A DNA stretch of 54,306 bases from Corallochytrium limacisporum Hawaii (taxonomy: Eukaryota > Protista > Pluriformea), in assembly GCA_002811645.1 (NCBI GenBank), contig PDIP01000256.1, forward strand, positions 8,853 to 63,158, written 5' to 3'. Below the pieces are notes generated by a model. The model searched no databases. It was not told where the DNA came from and was given only the letters and a program-made list of their open reading frames with translations. Of this stretch, positions 30,876-42,625 are shown piece after piece. Position 1 is the first letter of the stretch; every line of letters starts with the position of its first letter. Position numbers and translations under genes: made by a program.

Positions 30876-33443
30876 ATGAGCAGCGACAGCGAATTTTACG
30901 ATGCTGTGTCGTCACCGAACAGTGGCCACACTTCCGAATCAAACACAGATGTAACACAAACAGACTCTACCCCTTTCAAGAAAAGTCTTCATATCTCAGA
31001 GATTTACTTGGACTTTGAGGAACAAATGACCATGGATGCAAAAGGTTTGTCGGCGGCCTTGGATGCTGCCCTGCGTCGGGAACGTTCCATGTCACCGATC
31101 GAGGAGGCCGAAGTAGACATCATCGGAGACGTAGATGCTCTGGTAAACCCTTTGGCAACATTGGTTGACTATGACTCTGACTCATGCACTGACTCGGATG
31201 ACGAAGACGACGAAGATGTCTATGGGTCTCCGGACCTGCCTCAGCCGAAGCCAGAGGAGCTGAGTCCTCTGTTGGTAAAGATTCAGAAATTTCCTCAATA
31301 CCGACGAAGAAAGTATCGTAGTCTGTCCCCGTCCGTCTGTGACCCGGGATCTCGTTCGTCGTCAGTTATTGGCAGACTCAATCGCACACAGTCACCCGCT
31401 TTCCTATGCCCACGGTCGCCGGTCGCACCGTTGTTTGCGAAGGAACGTCTCGGAGACAACCGCCTGCGCAGCTTCTCTATGACAGCGACAAACTTTGTGT
31501 ACCCCACTCCGGAACAGTTTAATTCCTTGGCAAGGGATCTTAACTCCACCAATGACCGTTCAAGCAGCTGGAAAAAGACCCCTGCTATCAATACCCCAGG
31601 TTCCGACATTACTCAGGCCCTCGAACACCTAACCTTGCGGACGGAGGGGAAAAGGAATGTGGAAACTGTGTTAGACTTCAGCGACGACGACACAGATGAT
31701 ATTCAGCTTGAGTCCCTACCCTTGAAGGCGTCGTCGATCGTGCACACTGACAGGTCCGTAACCACTGTGGCCCTGCACACAACAGACTCCACACCATTCG
31801 TCAGCAAAGAATCAACATCGGTGGCCTCCAAGCAAGCTGTAATGGAGCCGCAATCTGCCGGGAAGTCCGACGAGCTTCTTCCAACCTTCTCCGATTCCGA
31901 AGAAGAGCGCACGGAGACAAAGGCGCGGACTAAACAGCTTACAGTCGGAGCCACATGTAAACCAGAGGTGATGCAAACAAATGAAGGTCTCCCAACGTTC
32001 TCTGACTCTGAAGGTGAGGCTGAGACCGAAGAAAAGGCTGTGCTGGTTGAAAGAGACCAAACTCCGACGCCGGTGCGCCAATCACTGCTCCTAGTGTCCT
32101 CTGACGATGAGTCCTCAGATGATGATGATCTGGTCATGAAGCAGCCAGTTGTGTCGAAGGTTGTCAAAAAGGAAGTCCCGGCCACAAAAGCAGCTCCGAA
32201 GACTAGCGGGAAGCAAAAGAGGACCATGATTATCCTGGATTCTTCCGAGGAGGATGACACACCGAACAAGAAGGACAAGGAGAATGCACAACCCAACAAC
32301 GTTCATTCCTCTGTGACTGCCTGTGCCAACAGACCTATGAACAAAGTTGCGAGTGACCTACATAGTGACTTAGAACGCATGACATTATCCCCGGTGCGTG
32401 ACTCGGAGAAAGGGACCGTCGTTGAGGAAAAGGAAATCATAAAGACCATGGAGAAGAAGCCTGCTCTGGAGCCTGCCACTCCGAAGGTTGAACCTTTCAC
32501 TCCCGCAGCGTCGACTCGTAAAACAGGGACCAAGCGTCGTGGCCTCTACTCCGCTGCCAAGGGTGCGCGCACACCATTCGGCCTTAACACTGTCAGCAAC
32601 CAAGCGATCTGTCTGGAGAACCCGACCGCCGAAGTCTTCGGCAAGAATAAGCCAACTATGATCAAGTTCGACGACGACCTCCTGGACGAGGAGCAGCCGT
32701 TCGTCGCGCAATGGAACACTATCAAAGACGTGGAGGGGCAGGAGTTCGTACGCATGCGCGAGGTACAAACAAAAGATGTCTTTGAGATTGTTGACCGCGA
32801 GGTGTTCCAGGGCAAACTCGGCGCAGCTGGCGTCCAGTGCACTTGGACCAACAAGCTCAATACCACCGCTGGTCGCACAACCATGAGCCGGACGGCTAGT
32901 GTCCACCGCGCAACCATTGAACTTGCTACAAAGATTCTTGACCGCACAAAGCGGCTAAAGAGCACTCTCTGCCATGAAATGTGCCATGCGGCGGCCTGGA
33001 TAATTGATCATACTGCAAAGCCCCCACATGGGCCACGCTTCAAGTATTGGGCTCGTATGACGGAACGCTACTTTCCGGAGCTTGATATCACGACATGTCA
33101 CGACTACGCCATCAATTTCAAGTTCCAATGGAAATGCACCAACGATATGTGTGGCCAAGTCATCGGACGTCACAGCAACACTCTCGGTGATGACAGTCAC
33201 TGCGGACGGTGTGGTAGTGCCTTCCGTGCACTACCGCGTGTCGCTGCAGACGGCACTCCAATCAAACCGCGGCCACTGAATGCGTACCAGCGCTTCATCA
33301 AACTGCAGACGCCCCGCGTGAAGAAGGCCTATCCAGAAGCCACACCAGCTGAACGGTTAAAGATTTTGGGGACCATGTATCGGAACCAAAAAGGTATTGA
33401 ACCAATCTTTACAGAGGAGGATGTGATTGATCTTTGTGACTGA
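30876..33443 (+). CDS. GCNA: GCNA/ACRC-like SprT metalloprotease (acidic IDR + SprT + zinc finger + HMG box)
   Basis: Long acidic disordered N-terminus; WTNKLNTTAGR, TLCHEMCHAAAW, PPHGPRFKYW, TCHDYAI, CxxxxC/CGRC zinc finger, LNAYQRFIK HMG-like. ATG at 30876. Confidence 0.92.
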   Translation: MSSDSEFYDAVSSPNSGHTSESNTDVTQTDSTPFKKSLHISEIYLDFEEQMTMDAKGLSAALDAALRRERSMSPIEEAEVDIIGDVDALVNPLATLVDYDSDSCTDSDDEDDEDVYGSPDLPQPKPEELSPLLVKIQKFPQYRRRKYRSLSPSVCDPGSRSSSVIGRLNRTQSPAFLCPRSPVAPLFAKERLGDNRLRSFSMTATNFVYPTPEQFNSLARDLNSTNDRSSSWKKTPAINTPGSDITQALEHLTLRTEGKRNVETVLDFSDDDTDDIQLESLPLKASSIVHTDRSVTTVALHTTDSTPFVSKESTSVASKQAVMEPQSAGKSDELLPTFSDSEEERTETKARTKQLTVGATCKPEVMQTNEGLPTFSDSEGEAETEEKAVLVERDQTPTPVRQSLLLVSSDDESSDDDDLVMKQPVVSKVVKKEVPATKAAPKTSGKQKRTMIILDSSEEDDTPNKKDKENAQPNNVHSSVTACANRPMNKVASDLHSDLERMTLSPVRDSEKGTVVEEKEIIKTMEKKPALEPATPKVEPFTPAASTRKTGTKRRGLYSAAKGARTPFGLNTVSNQAICLENPTAEVFGKNKPTMIKFDDDLLDEEQPFVAQWNTIKDVEGQEFVRMREVQTKDVFEIVDREVFQGKLGAAGVQCTWTNKLNTTAGRTTMSRTASVHRATIELATKILDRTKRLKSTLCHEMCHAAAWIIDHTAKPPHGPRFKYWARMTERYFPELDITTCHDYAINFKFQWKCTNDMCGQVIGRHSNTLGDDSHCGRCGSAFRALPRVAADGTPIKPRPLNAYQRFIKLQTPRVKKAYPEATPAERLKILGTMYRNQKGIEPIFTEEDVIDLCD

Positions 33444-33569
33444 TGGCGGCAGCGTAAATGATGTCCATCCTGTTCTCCCCATCCCGCTATCCATATGTAC
33501 TAATAGTTAAAGAAATCAGGTGAGGCATATAAACATAGAGAATATTGCAGTATGTTTTACTTTTGTTAT

Positions 33570-34925
<1,356 letters not shown>

Positions 34926-35447
34926 TCACAAGTGAATTTTTCCTGGTAAGGAACCTAATTTTTCTTTGACTATGTTTTGTGTACGAGGAACAGAGAAACC
35001 ACAATCCACGAAATCTCCGTCTGATTGCTGCGTATTGTAGTTCAAATAGTTCTTCCCAACACTTGAAGTCCAAATGAGACAGGCAGAAGCACTGCGGAGA
35101 CGGGAGGCAGAGGTACATTGAATACCGTAATCCCCCTCTTTCCAGCACAAGCTTTCGCGCTCTTCAAACCCTACGAAGCGACTTTGTAGATTTGGGGGCA
35201 TTATTATATACGGAAATCTATTAAATATTACCGGAGTGGTAACGGATGTCTAGGTCTGCACGATAAAAACCCGCCTCGTGGGGCTGGGCAGGTCAGCGTG
35301 ATGCCTACGAAACCATTGAAAGTTTGAAAGTCCTAGGAAGCCTACATAAACCAAACAAGGATGTGAGCAACGTGGAATGTATACTATGCACATTTATAAT
35401 GTACAATATACGATAGATCAGATGGAAGTAAACACAGAAGCGTAACA

Positions 35448-35933
35448 ATGCAGATGGATCCTGCCTCGGTGCCCCAGGGGCACGCTGACGAGCTTGTGGA
35501 GTGTGCCCGGTATGGAGAGCTGGATAATGTCAAGACCCTCTGCGAGACACACAACCTCCCTGTTTCTGTGACCGATATTGATGGAAATCTTCCATTGCAC
35601 ATGGCTGCTGCTAATGGACACCTAGACTGTGTGGAATACTTGCTGGAACGCGGCAACAAGGAACAGATCAACCAAAAGAACAAGTCGGGCAACACACCAC
35701 TACACTGGGCTGCTTTGAACGGACGGGAATCCGTGGTGCGTCTATTTGTTGACCATCAGGGCGATGTCAACGTTCAGAACGACGATGGTAAGAGTCCGAT
35801 ATACGAAGCCATGAATAACGGCCATGAATCTTGTGCTCAGATTCTTTTCGAAAAGGCTGAGGCACCTAACAGTGCCACTCAGGGTGAGACAACGGAAAAC
35901 GCAGAGGACGAGGCCAGTGGATCGGGTGCATGA
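35448..35933 (+). CDS. Small ankyrin-repeat protein, Yar1-like
   Basis: ARYGELD; PLHMAAANGH; NKSGNTPLHWAALNG; acidic tail. Confidence 0.82.
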   Translation: MQMDPASVPQGHADELVECARYGELDNVKTLCETHNLPVSVTDIDGNLPLHMAAANGHLDCVEYLLERGNKEQINQKNKSGNTPLHWAALNGRESVVRLFVDHQGDVNVQNDDGKSPIYEAMNNGHESCAQILFEKAEAPNSATQGETTENAEDEASGSGA

Positions 35934-36051
35934 CCTTGTCGAGCAATAGCATAAAATGTATTGAACCACAAGAAACAAAGGGCAATATACACAGCGTATT
36001 GTAATGATCAGGTTCGATGTCTCCTGCTAGAAATGAGACAAAGGTTTTTGT

Positions 36052-36954
36052 TCACTTTTTTGACTTCTTTTTGCCCAAAACCCGAGCCTGTGCCGCCTGA
36101 AACGCTTCCTCATCAATGTCGTCGTAAGGTACATGTTTTGCTTTACTGCCCTTCTTGCCCTTACTTGGCTTGCCATATTTCTCTTCAAGATCTCTAAAGA
36201 ATCCGTCTGCCTGTGCCTTCCGGCTTTCCTGGCGCTGTGCAATCATGTTAAATAGATCCGGTTCCATTTCGTCGCGTTTCCGTTTCGACGATCCTTTCTT
36301 CGTGCCTTCTTTTTCTTCCTTCTGTCGCCGCAGATTCTCCTTCTCGGCTTCGCGAGCTTCTTTCTCCCACTTCTTAGCACGCTTCATCTTCCGAGATTTC
36401 GGTTCGTTGAAGAAGATATCGTATCGTTCCTCGATTTCACCGTCTCTGATTCCCTGTTCGACCCTTTCAATAAAACGTTCCTCGTCTTGAATAGTGGAGA
36501 AGGGCACAAATTCTAGGATTTTGTCCATGTCCCCCTCGTAGATCGTGTAGCCCTTCATCAAGTCCTCCCATTCCTCAGCAGAATTGCGATACTTCTTCTC
36601 GTAGTCTTCCAGGTCCTTCAAGGTTACCTTCTTGAAAATTGCATCAAAATACTGCTCCCAGCTCATGTCACTGTTCTTCATTGCAGAGAATCCTTCCTCG
36701 TCGACGGTGCCGAACTGATCATAGTCTCCCCGGGATCCCTCATCTTTGAGAATGTCGTATGCCTTCACGAGGATCTGGAACCGAGCGGTGGCGAGCTCTT
36801 TACTGTGGTTTGCAGCTTTGTCAGGATGGCAGTCCCTGGCCTTCTTGCGGTAGGCCAAAGTGATGACCTTGATAGGAGCTGATTTCTCTACTCCGAAGAG
36901 CTGGTACAGATCATTGGTCCCGAATTGCTCCTCGCAATCTTCTAGCAGACCCAT
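36052..36954 (-). CDS. DNAJC9: DnaJ homolog subfamily C member 9 (histone H3-H4 co-chaperone)
   Basis: MGLLEDCEEQFGTNDLY; J-domain HPD; YRNSAEEWEDL...YEGDMDKI; FFRDLEEKYG. ATG at 36954. Confidence 0.93.
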   Translation of the reverse strand: MGLLEDCEEQFGTNDLYQLFGVEKSAPIKVITLAYRKKARDCHPDKAANHSKELATARFQILVKAYDILKDEGSRGDYDQFGTVDEEGFSAMKNSDMSWEQYFDAIFKKVTLKDLEDYEKKYRNSAEEWEDLMKGYTIYEGDMDKILEFVPFSTIQDEERFIERVEQGIRDGEIEERYDIFFNEPKSRKMKRAKKWEKEAREAEKENLRRQKEEKEGTKKGSSKRKRDEMEPDLFNMIAQRQESRKAQADGFFRDLEEKYGKPSKGKKGSKAKHVPYDDIDEEAFQAAQARVLGKKKSKK

Positions 36955-37375
36955 CGTTTCACTAAGCTCATTCAAATCAATTGGCCTAATTCTTTAAAGT
37001 TTCCCCTTAACAATGATTGGGCGCGCCTCAAGAAATATCGTGGATGCTAGTCCTGATGTACTTGAAGGATACTAACTGTGAAACGACACGGTTTCGCAAT
37101 GTGTATCGCTCGTTTGCCAAGCATTCGTGCCATTTTCCGCGCCTACGCTTGTTCCCGACCTCCCTGAACTGACCCACCCTGGGGAATAGAGGCCCCCCTC
37201 CCTTTGGGGCCTGGTGTACCCCGTGTCGGTCCGATAGAGGCTGGTCTGAGGGTATTTTGGACTGCTTTCAAATTTGACCCATCAGTGAAAGTCAGTCACC
37301 ACAAGAGACTACTGTGAAGTGATTTTGAATACCAGCGTGACAATGTGAGTGGGTACATGGTACACCTCTGCGAAT

Positions 37376-37762
37376 ATGCACAAGATCGGACTTGCGAGTG
37401 CAAAGGGCACAGGCACCTCCGGTTACCTCGTGCGCAATTATGCTGCAGAACGACGGAGAAAACACAATAAGCAGACAGCTAAACAGAAACCTGTTCTCAA
37501 AGATCCATACATTGTGATGCACGAGAAAAAGCGAGAAATTGAGGTTAAGTGCCTACAACTCAGGCTGGAACTGGAAGAACAAGGCCTCGCAGACGATGAC
37601 ATTGACATGGCTGTGGATGCTTTGCGAAATGAGTTGCTGGACCAAATGCAGGCTGCAGCCATGACGAGCTCTGAAGGATTACCACCGCTTCCACAGCCAC
37701 CGACTCTCGACGGTGGACCTCGCAAGGCAGAGGGCAGTGATAGTGACGATTCGAGCCTTTGA
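37376..37762 (+). CDS. CWC21: Splicing factor Cwc21 (SRRM2 N-terminal cwf21 domain)
   Basis: IGLASAKGTGTSGYLVRN; HEKKREIEVKCLQLRLELEEQG...VDALRNELL. ATG at 37376. Confidence 0.88.
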   Translation: MHKIGLASAKGTGTSGYLVRNYAAERRRKHNKQTAKQKPVLKDPYIVMHEKKREIEVKCLQLRLELEEQGLADDDIDMAVDALRNELLDQMQAAAMTSSEGLPPLPQPPTLDGGPRKAEGSDSDDSSL

Positions 37763-37881
37763 GAAACAAGTCCCTCGACCATCGAACATGTAAACAACTA
37801 GCACGAGCAAGTGTTGTAGCAGTGTATAATAGAAAACACAATTCTTTAACTTTCACATCCTCATTACTGAAGCTTTGCGTC

Positions 37882-39246
37882 TTAGCCTGTTGCAATCGGA
37901 ATCGGAATATAAGACATGTTCTGCCCGGCCGCATCCCCGAGAACTTGGCCATTGATTGCCTTTTCCTTGGCGTGGCTGATTGCCTGCTTCTCCTCCTCTT
38001 GGCGCTCCTGCAGCCGTTTAATTTCCTCACGCTTTTGCTTTGCACTGCGGACGATGCGTTTGCGCCCTCCGAACCACCGCGGAGTGATAGTCCAAGTGAA
38101 GGCTTTCCACATTGCCTCACCACCACTCATTCTGACGGAATCATCAGCCAGCACCTCTTTTACCAATTCTTTGGCCCTGGTTTTCACCTTGTCATCGTCT
38201 AGGACCATCATTGACACATTCCGGCTCAATTCATGGGTCTGCATAGTAAATGACTCAGAAGCAAGGATGTCCACAAAGAAAACCTTGGCACGGTACAGGA
38301 ACCGATCATTCTGTAGCGCATCAATGAGTAGCTGAACTAGAATCTCCTTCGTGTACGGCTGGGCAAATAAATAGCCCAAAAAGTCCTGAGCCTTGTCGCT
38401 TGTGGCCTTGTCCGCCAATACCTGTCCTATCATGTTTTTCACAAAGGATGTCATGGTTTCCAGTGCTGCTTCGTCCTTCAGAATGCCACTTACCAGACGG
38501 TTGATGGCATCGACAGTGTCTTGCTCCCGAGCAAGATTAAGCACGAACCCTTGCGCTGCATCCCTGATTTCACTGTCCGACAGTACTGAATGAATAAGCG
38601 ATTTGCTCAGCTCCTCGACGCGGATGACAACTGCTTTGTCCCCGATGGTGCGACCAGCAATCTCAGCAACTTCGCCGCTAACGTTGGTGCGGATACTTTC
38701 GCGGAAAATATACAGATAGAATCCCACGCAACCTAGCAGCACCGCGCCGATCCGAAGAAGACTGTAGCCTCGGTACTGCATGTGCTTGTCAAGGTCCTGT
38801 AGCCGAACGAGCAGGTATTCACCCGTTGTGTTTGCGTCTGCATAGGATCCACTGCTGCTTCCTGATCCTGATCCTCCTGTTGACTCAGGATTGGTTGATT
38901 CTTTAGTCTTGCCGTTTGTTTTCGTAGCATTGCTTGACGCACTGCTCTGCTTTCGGGCCTGAACAGTGACTGTCCCTTTCTTCGGGTCGCCCTGAAGGTA
39001 GATGTGTGCCTGCGAAGGGCGATTGTTAAAGGTATGTTGACTGAATGCAACACGGTGCTGCATGTTACTGTGAACCTGTCTGTTAACCTTGCGATTAGTC
39101 TCTCGGACTAAATTGCGACGGGCTTGGAGGATCGGGAAGTTGACGACTCTCGGCCGTGGCCGCAAGAATGTGGATCTCGTTGATCCCAGGAGGGCATGTG
39201 ACCACGTCTGCTGGCTGCTCCGGAGCAGTCGCGCAGACGACCACAT
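37882..39246 (-). CDS. Uncharacterised, probably mitochondrial single-pass membrane protein with helical repeats
   Basis: R/S/L-rich presequence-like N-terminus, TM IGAVLLGCVGFYLYIF, then a ~200-aa amphipathic helical-repeat region. Confidence 0.75.
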   Translation of the reverse strand: MWSSARLLRSSQQTWSHALLGSTRSTFLRPRPRVVNFPILQARRNLVRETNRKVNRQVHSNMQHRVAFSQHTFNNRPSQAHIYLQGDPKKGTVTVQARKQSSASSNATKTNGKTKESTNPESTGGSGSGSSSGSYADANTTGEYLLVRLQDLDKHMQYRGYSLLRIGAVLLGCVGFYLYIFRESIRTNVSGEVAEIAGRTIGDKAVVIRVEELSKSLIHSVLSDSEIRDAAQGFVLNLAREQDTVDAINRLVSGILKDEAALETMTSFVKNMIGQVLADKATSDKAQDFLGYLFAQPYTKEILVQLLIDALQNDRFLYRAKVFFVDILASESFTMQTHELSRNVSMMVLDDDKVKTRAKELVKEVLADDSVRMSGGEAMWKAFTWTITPRWFGGRKRIVRSAKQKREEIKRLQERQEEEKQAISHAKEKAINGQVLGDAAGQNMSYIPIPIATG

Positions 39247-40785
39247 GATCTCGCTGCGGACAAAGTATCTGTTGTTACCAAGTCTTCTTTTACATGATTT
39301 CAGAATGCCGTATGGCTCTATACTGAACCAGTCATCGTCACGGCAGGCAAATTCTCTCTGAAGCGTAGGCCCTGATAGCCGACGACATGATTACTTCGGG
39401 TCGGCTATTCAGTTCAAACACCTTCCAGAGACCGCCACGTAGGGACCAGTGATTTGCCGCACAAAGCTGTGCGCTGAGATACAGTCGCCCATACACAGCA
39501 CCATGTGACACAATCATCAAGAAACACGGCACAGTGAAGCAGAGAAAAAGAGACCGGCGTTGGATCTGGCGCCGGAAAACACACATGAACTGGGTCCTCC
39601 AGACTCATGCAATCCTTTGTCTTTCAAGCCGGTCCCGGGCAACAGCCGTCACAGCCCCAACACAGTCAGAAAACCTACAAAAAGACTGGGCAGCCCCTGC
39701 CGGGGTGGTCCGTCCAGCCACACCGCAGTCAGCAGAGAGAACTCCCCCTTTCCTCAGCAAGAAAGCAGGAAAGAAAGTACCGGCGCACGGAGCAGCACGC
39801 ACACGGGCCAAGTAGTCCCCTCCCCCCTCTTCCCCACTCACTCGCAGGCCTTCACCGTGCCAACCCAGAACCAGAACGAAGGTTGGAAAGCGCCCCCCCT
39901 CCCCCCCGGGGGGCCGGGGGTGGCGGGTGGTGGGGGTTTGCCCGCTCAGAGAGGCGGGAGGGACACTGAAGAACATAAAAAGCACCGTGGGTTCTTCGTC
40001 TCGGGCAACCGTGGGGTGTGTAGGGGCAGTGGGTAACGCACTGCTAGCAGCTTTGCCGTGCTCTTTATTTTCGGGATCCTTGGGTCTTTGTCGCCTGTAG
40101 CACTCGTTGCGATCGCTCTTGGCGCATTGCCTGGCCCAGCCATTCGAACCCTTAGCGCTTCTTTTTTTTTTTGCTTCAAAACCAAATATTTATGATTTGC
40201 AGTTTATCGGTACATTCACTATACGACGACAGTTCCAGTGATACTGTACCGGTGGCTATGGTGAGGCGGTGCGGGTGCTACCGACTGCCGGGTGGTCCCC
40301 CGCCCCCCCCCCCCCCCCCCGGGGCCCCGGGGGGGGGTTTAATTGAGAGATTGGGTGAGGAGGAGGATAGCGGGCTTCCCAAACTCCACACGCCCCCTCT
40401 CCCAAGGCTTTGGTGCGGTCGTATTCTGTGGTCAAGGTTTTCCCTACTGTTTACTTTGCTTATAGGCTTCCCTCGGGGGCCGGCCCCCCTTCCCTGGGGC
40501 GAGGGGGCGGGCGGTTGAGGTTGTGGATAGTGGAAATCTCTCAACTGGTGGGTTTCTTTCGTCATCGCTGCGTGGTGTCACAGAGGGACGGCGTAGGGTC
40601 GGGGGTTGGTTCTCATTGGCTGTAGAGGAAGCGGGGTTTGGTTGAGGAAGGGAGAGAGACACGCATCCGAACACAATATGGCATCGCATCGGCTTCCCCT
40701 CCGTATACGGGTGGATAGCATGATAGAGTGATCTCATTGACATGATGTTAGCTCAACACCAGGCGATTGAGTGACGCAGTGACGG

Positions 40786-41410
40786 CTAGATGGGGGTCGT
40801 CGTGTCGGCCTTCTGGGCTTTCCACACAAACACGCAGGTGTCAACACCGCCGGTGGAGATTGCATAGGCATCGTCCCAAGTGTAGCTCACGTTCGTGACG
40901 TTTGCAGAGTGGCCTGTAAAGGTCTTGGCATGGCTGCAGTGAGTGACAGGGTAGTTATTGAGCTCGACATTGCCAAAGTCATAGCCGACAACGATACGAT
41001 TGCCTCATTGGCTCACACAGGAAGAGTTGATGTCGGTACCATCCATCCACGCCCTTGGGGCAGATACCGGCCACAGTGGGCCCGAGGACACAGGTCCATG
41101 TCGCCCACCACCGTTGATGTTCCACTCCTCGTGTCGATGAAGATAATCTCGCCCGTCCTTGTTCCCAACAGAATGTAAGCCTTCATCACACATATTGATC
41201 GGATACATGGTGCAGTGCTTGCGTTGGTGGTGCCAATGCGGACGAGGGTCTCGAGTTTGCCATCCACGGACCGTATACACACCTTGTGACCTTTTGAGGC
41301 GCTGTAAATCTTCCCATCCTGCTCCGACATGCAGTAGATTGGACCCGCATGCACGTCGTGCTCGCATTTGAACGTTGTCGGCGAGTCAAGCCAGACGAAA
41401 CTACCTTGCT
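40786..41410 (-). pseudogene. EML5/EML6-like (TAPE/WD40) gene remnant
   Basis: Three frames give HAGPIYCM...IRSICVMKAYILLGTRTGEIIFID, then WATWTCVLGPTVAGICPKGVDG, then TDINSSCVSQ*GNRIVVGYDFGNVELNNYP...FTGHSANVTNVSYTWDDAYAISTGGVDTCVFVWK. These are typical EML C-terminal motifs, with a stop, a 4-nt duplication and an internal deletion. Confidence 0.8.
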
Positions 41411-41763
41411 TACGGGCTGACTTCTTGCCGACTGCCGCCCTGCCACACAACTGCCTTCCCCCACGTTCCAGCACTTCCCCTTCCCGGAATATGGGATCCC
41501 CATTCCCTTGGCCCTTCTTGCGCTGTGCGGGTCTCCCCTGAGGCGGCGGGGAGGCAGGCAGGTGAGGTGCCCGCCAGAACGCGGGAGAAAATGGCCAATG
41601 GCCCCGAGTAGTGCCGCGGACTGGGTCCGGTCCCACGAGACAACATGGGGAGTGAGAGCCAAGACACATCCGTAGGGAAAGGTACTGGAAAACCTCAGTT
41701 CGAGAGAAAGCCACCTGGCGATAAACATAAAAATAATACTGTACATTGTAATAGCGGGCCAAT

Positions 41764-42507
41764 ATGTCGATTTTCACGCCGAGCAATCAAGTTAAGCTAA
41801 CCAATGTCGCTGTGGTGCGACTCAAGAAGGGTGGCAAGCGGTTCGAGCTTGCTTGCTACAAGAACACAGTCATGGCTTATCGCCAAAATGTGGAGAAAGA
41901 CGTTGACGAGGTTCTGCAGACAGATCAAATCTTTGCTAATGTGAGCAAAGGCCAGTTAGCCAAACAGGAGGATATCAAGCGGGCTTTTGGGGACAAAACA
42001 GAGGATGAAATCCGTGACACAATTCTTCGAAAAGGGGAACTCCAAGTGTCAGATAAGGAACGTGCACAGGCGCAAGACTCCATGTTCAAAGAGATTGCCA
42101 CTATCGTCGCTGAGAAATGTATCAATAAGGACACTAAGACACCGTTCACAGTAAGCATAATCGAAAAGGCTATGAAGGAACATCACTTCAGTGTCAAGCC
42201 CAACCGCAATGCGAAGCAGCAGGCTCTTGAAGTCATTAGGGAAATCTCGGATACCCTGAACATTGCACGCGCTCACATGATTGTTCTTTGTACGCTCCCT
42301 GGTAAAGCAGGCAAGAAAGCCAAGGAACAGATCATTCCCCTGATGGTCAAGGTCAACCGGGAAGAATTCGTGGGTGACTTTGAGATTGAGGGGGTTGTGG
42401 AGCCAGGGATATTCCGCAAGGTTCAAGAAGTTGTCCAACGCGAGAGTCAGGGGCAGGGCACAGTCCAGGTTCTGAGCGTTGATCACATCGATGACAGCGA
42501 AGACTAA
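41764..42507 (+). CDS. SBDS: Ribosome maturation protein SBDS/Sdo1
   Basis: MSIFTPSNQVKLTNVAVVRLKKGGKRFELACYKN; NVSKGQ; KGELQVSDKER; AKQQALEVI. Confidence 0.97.
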   Translation: MSIFTPSNQVKLTNVAVVRLKKGGKRFELACYKNTVMAYRQNVEKDVDEVLQTDQIFANVSKGQLAKQEDIKRAFGDKTEDEIRDTILRKGELQVSDKERAQAQDSMFKEIATIVAEKCINKDTKTPFTVSIIEKAMKEHHFSVKPNRNAKQQALEVIREISDTLNIARAHMIVLCTLPGKAGKKAKEQIIPLMVKVNREEFVGDFEIEGVVEPGIFRKVQEVVQRESQGQGTVQVLSVDHIDDSED

Positions 42508-42625
42508 ACCAAAATTTCGTATAAATAGCCCTACGATATGTACAATGGTTGATGTGTAGTATATTGTGTTTTCCATGTGGGAGAGCCCCATCTGTCCCGC
42601 ATAGGCGCCCTCAGAATCCCCTTGC

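Noticed and set aside
39560-40625. Pro/Gly-rich ORFs (e.g. PPPPPPPP, GGGGGG)
   Set aside because: Translation artefacts of C/G homopolymer runs.
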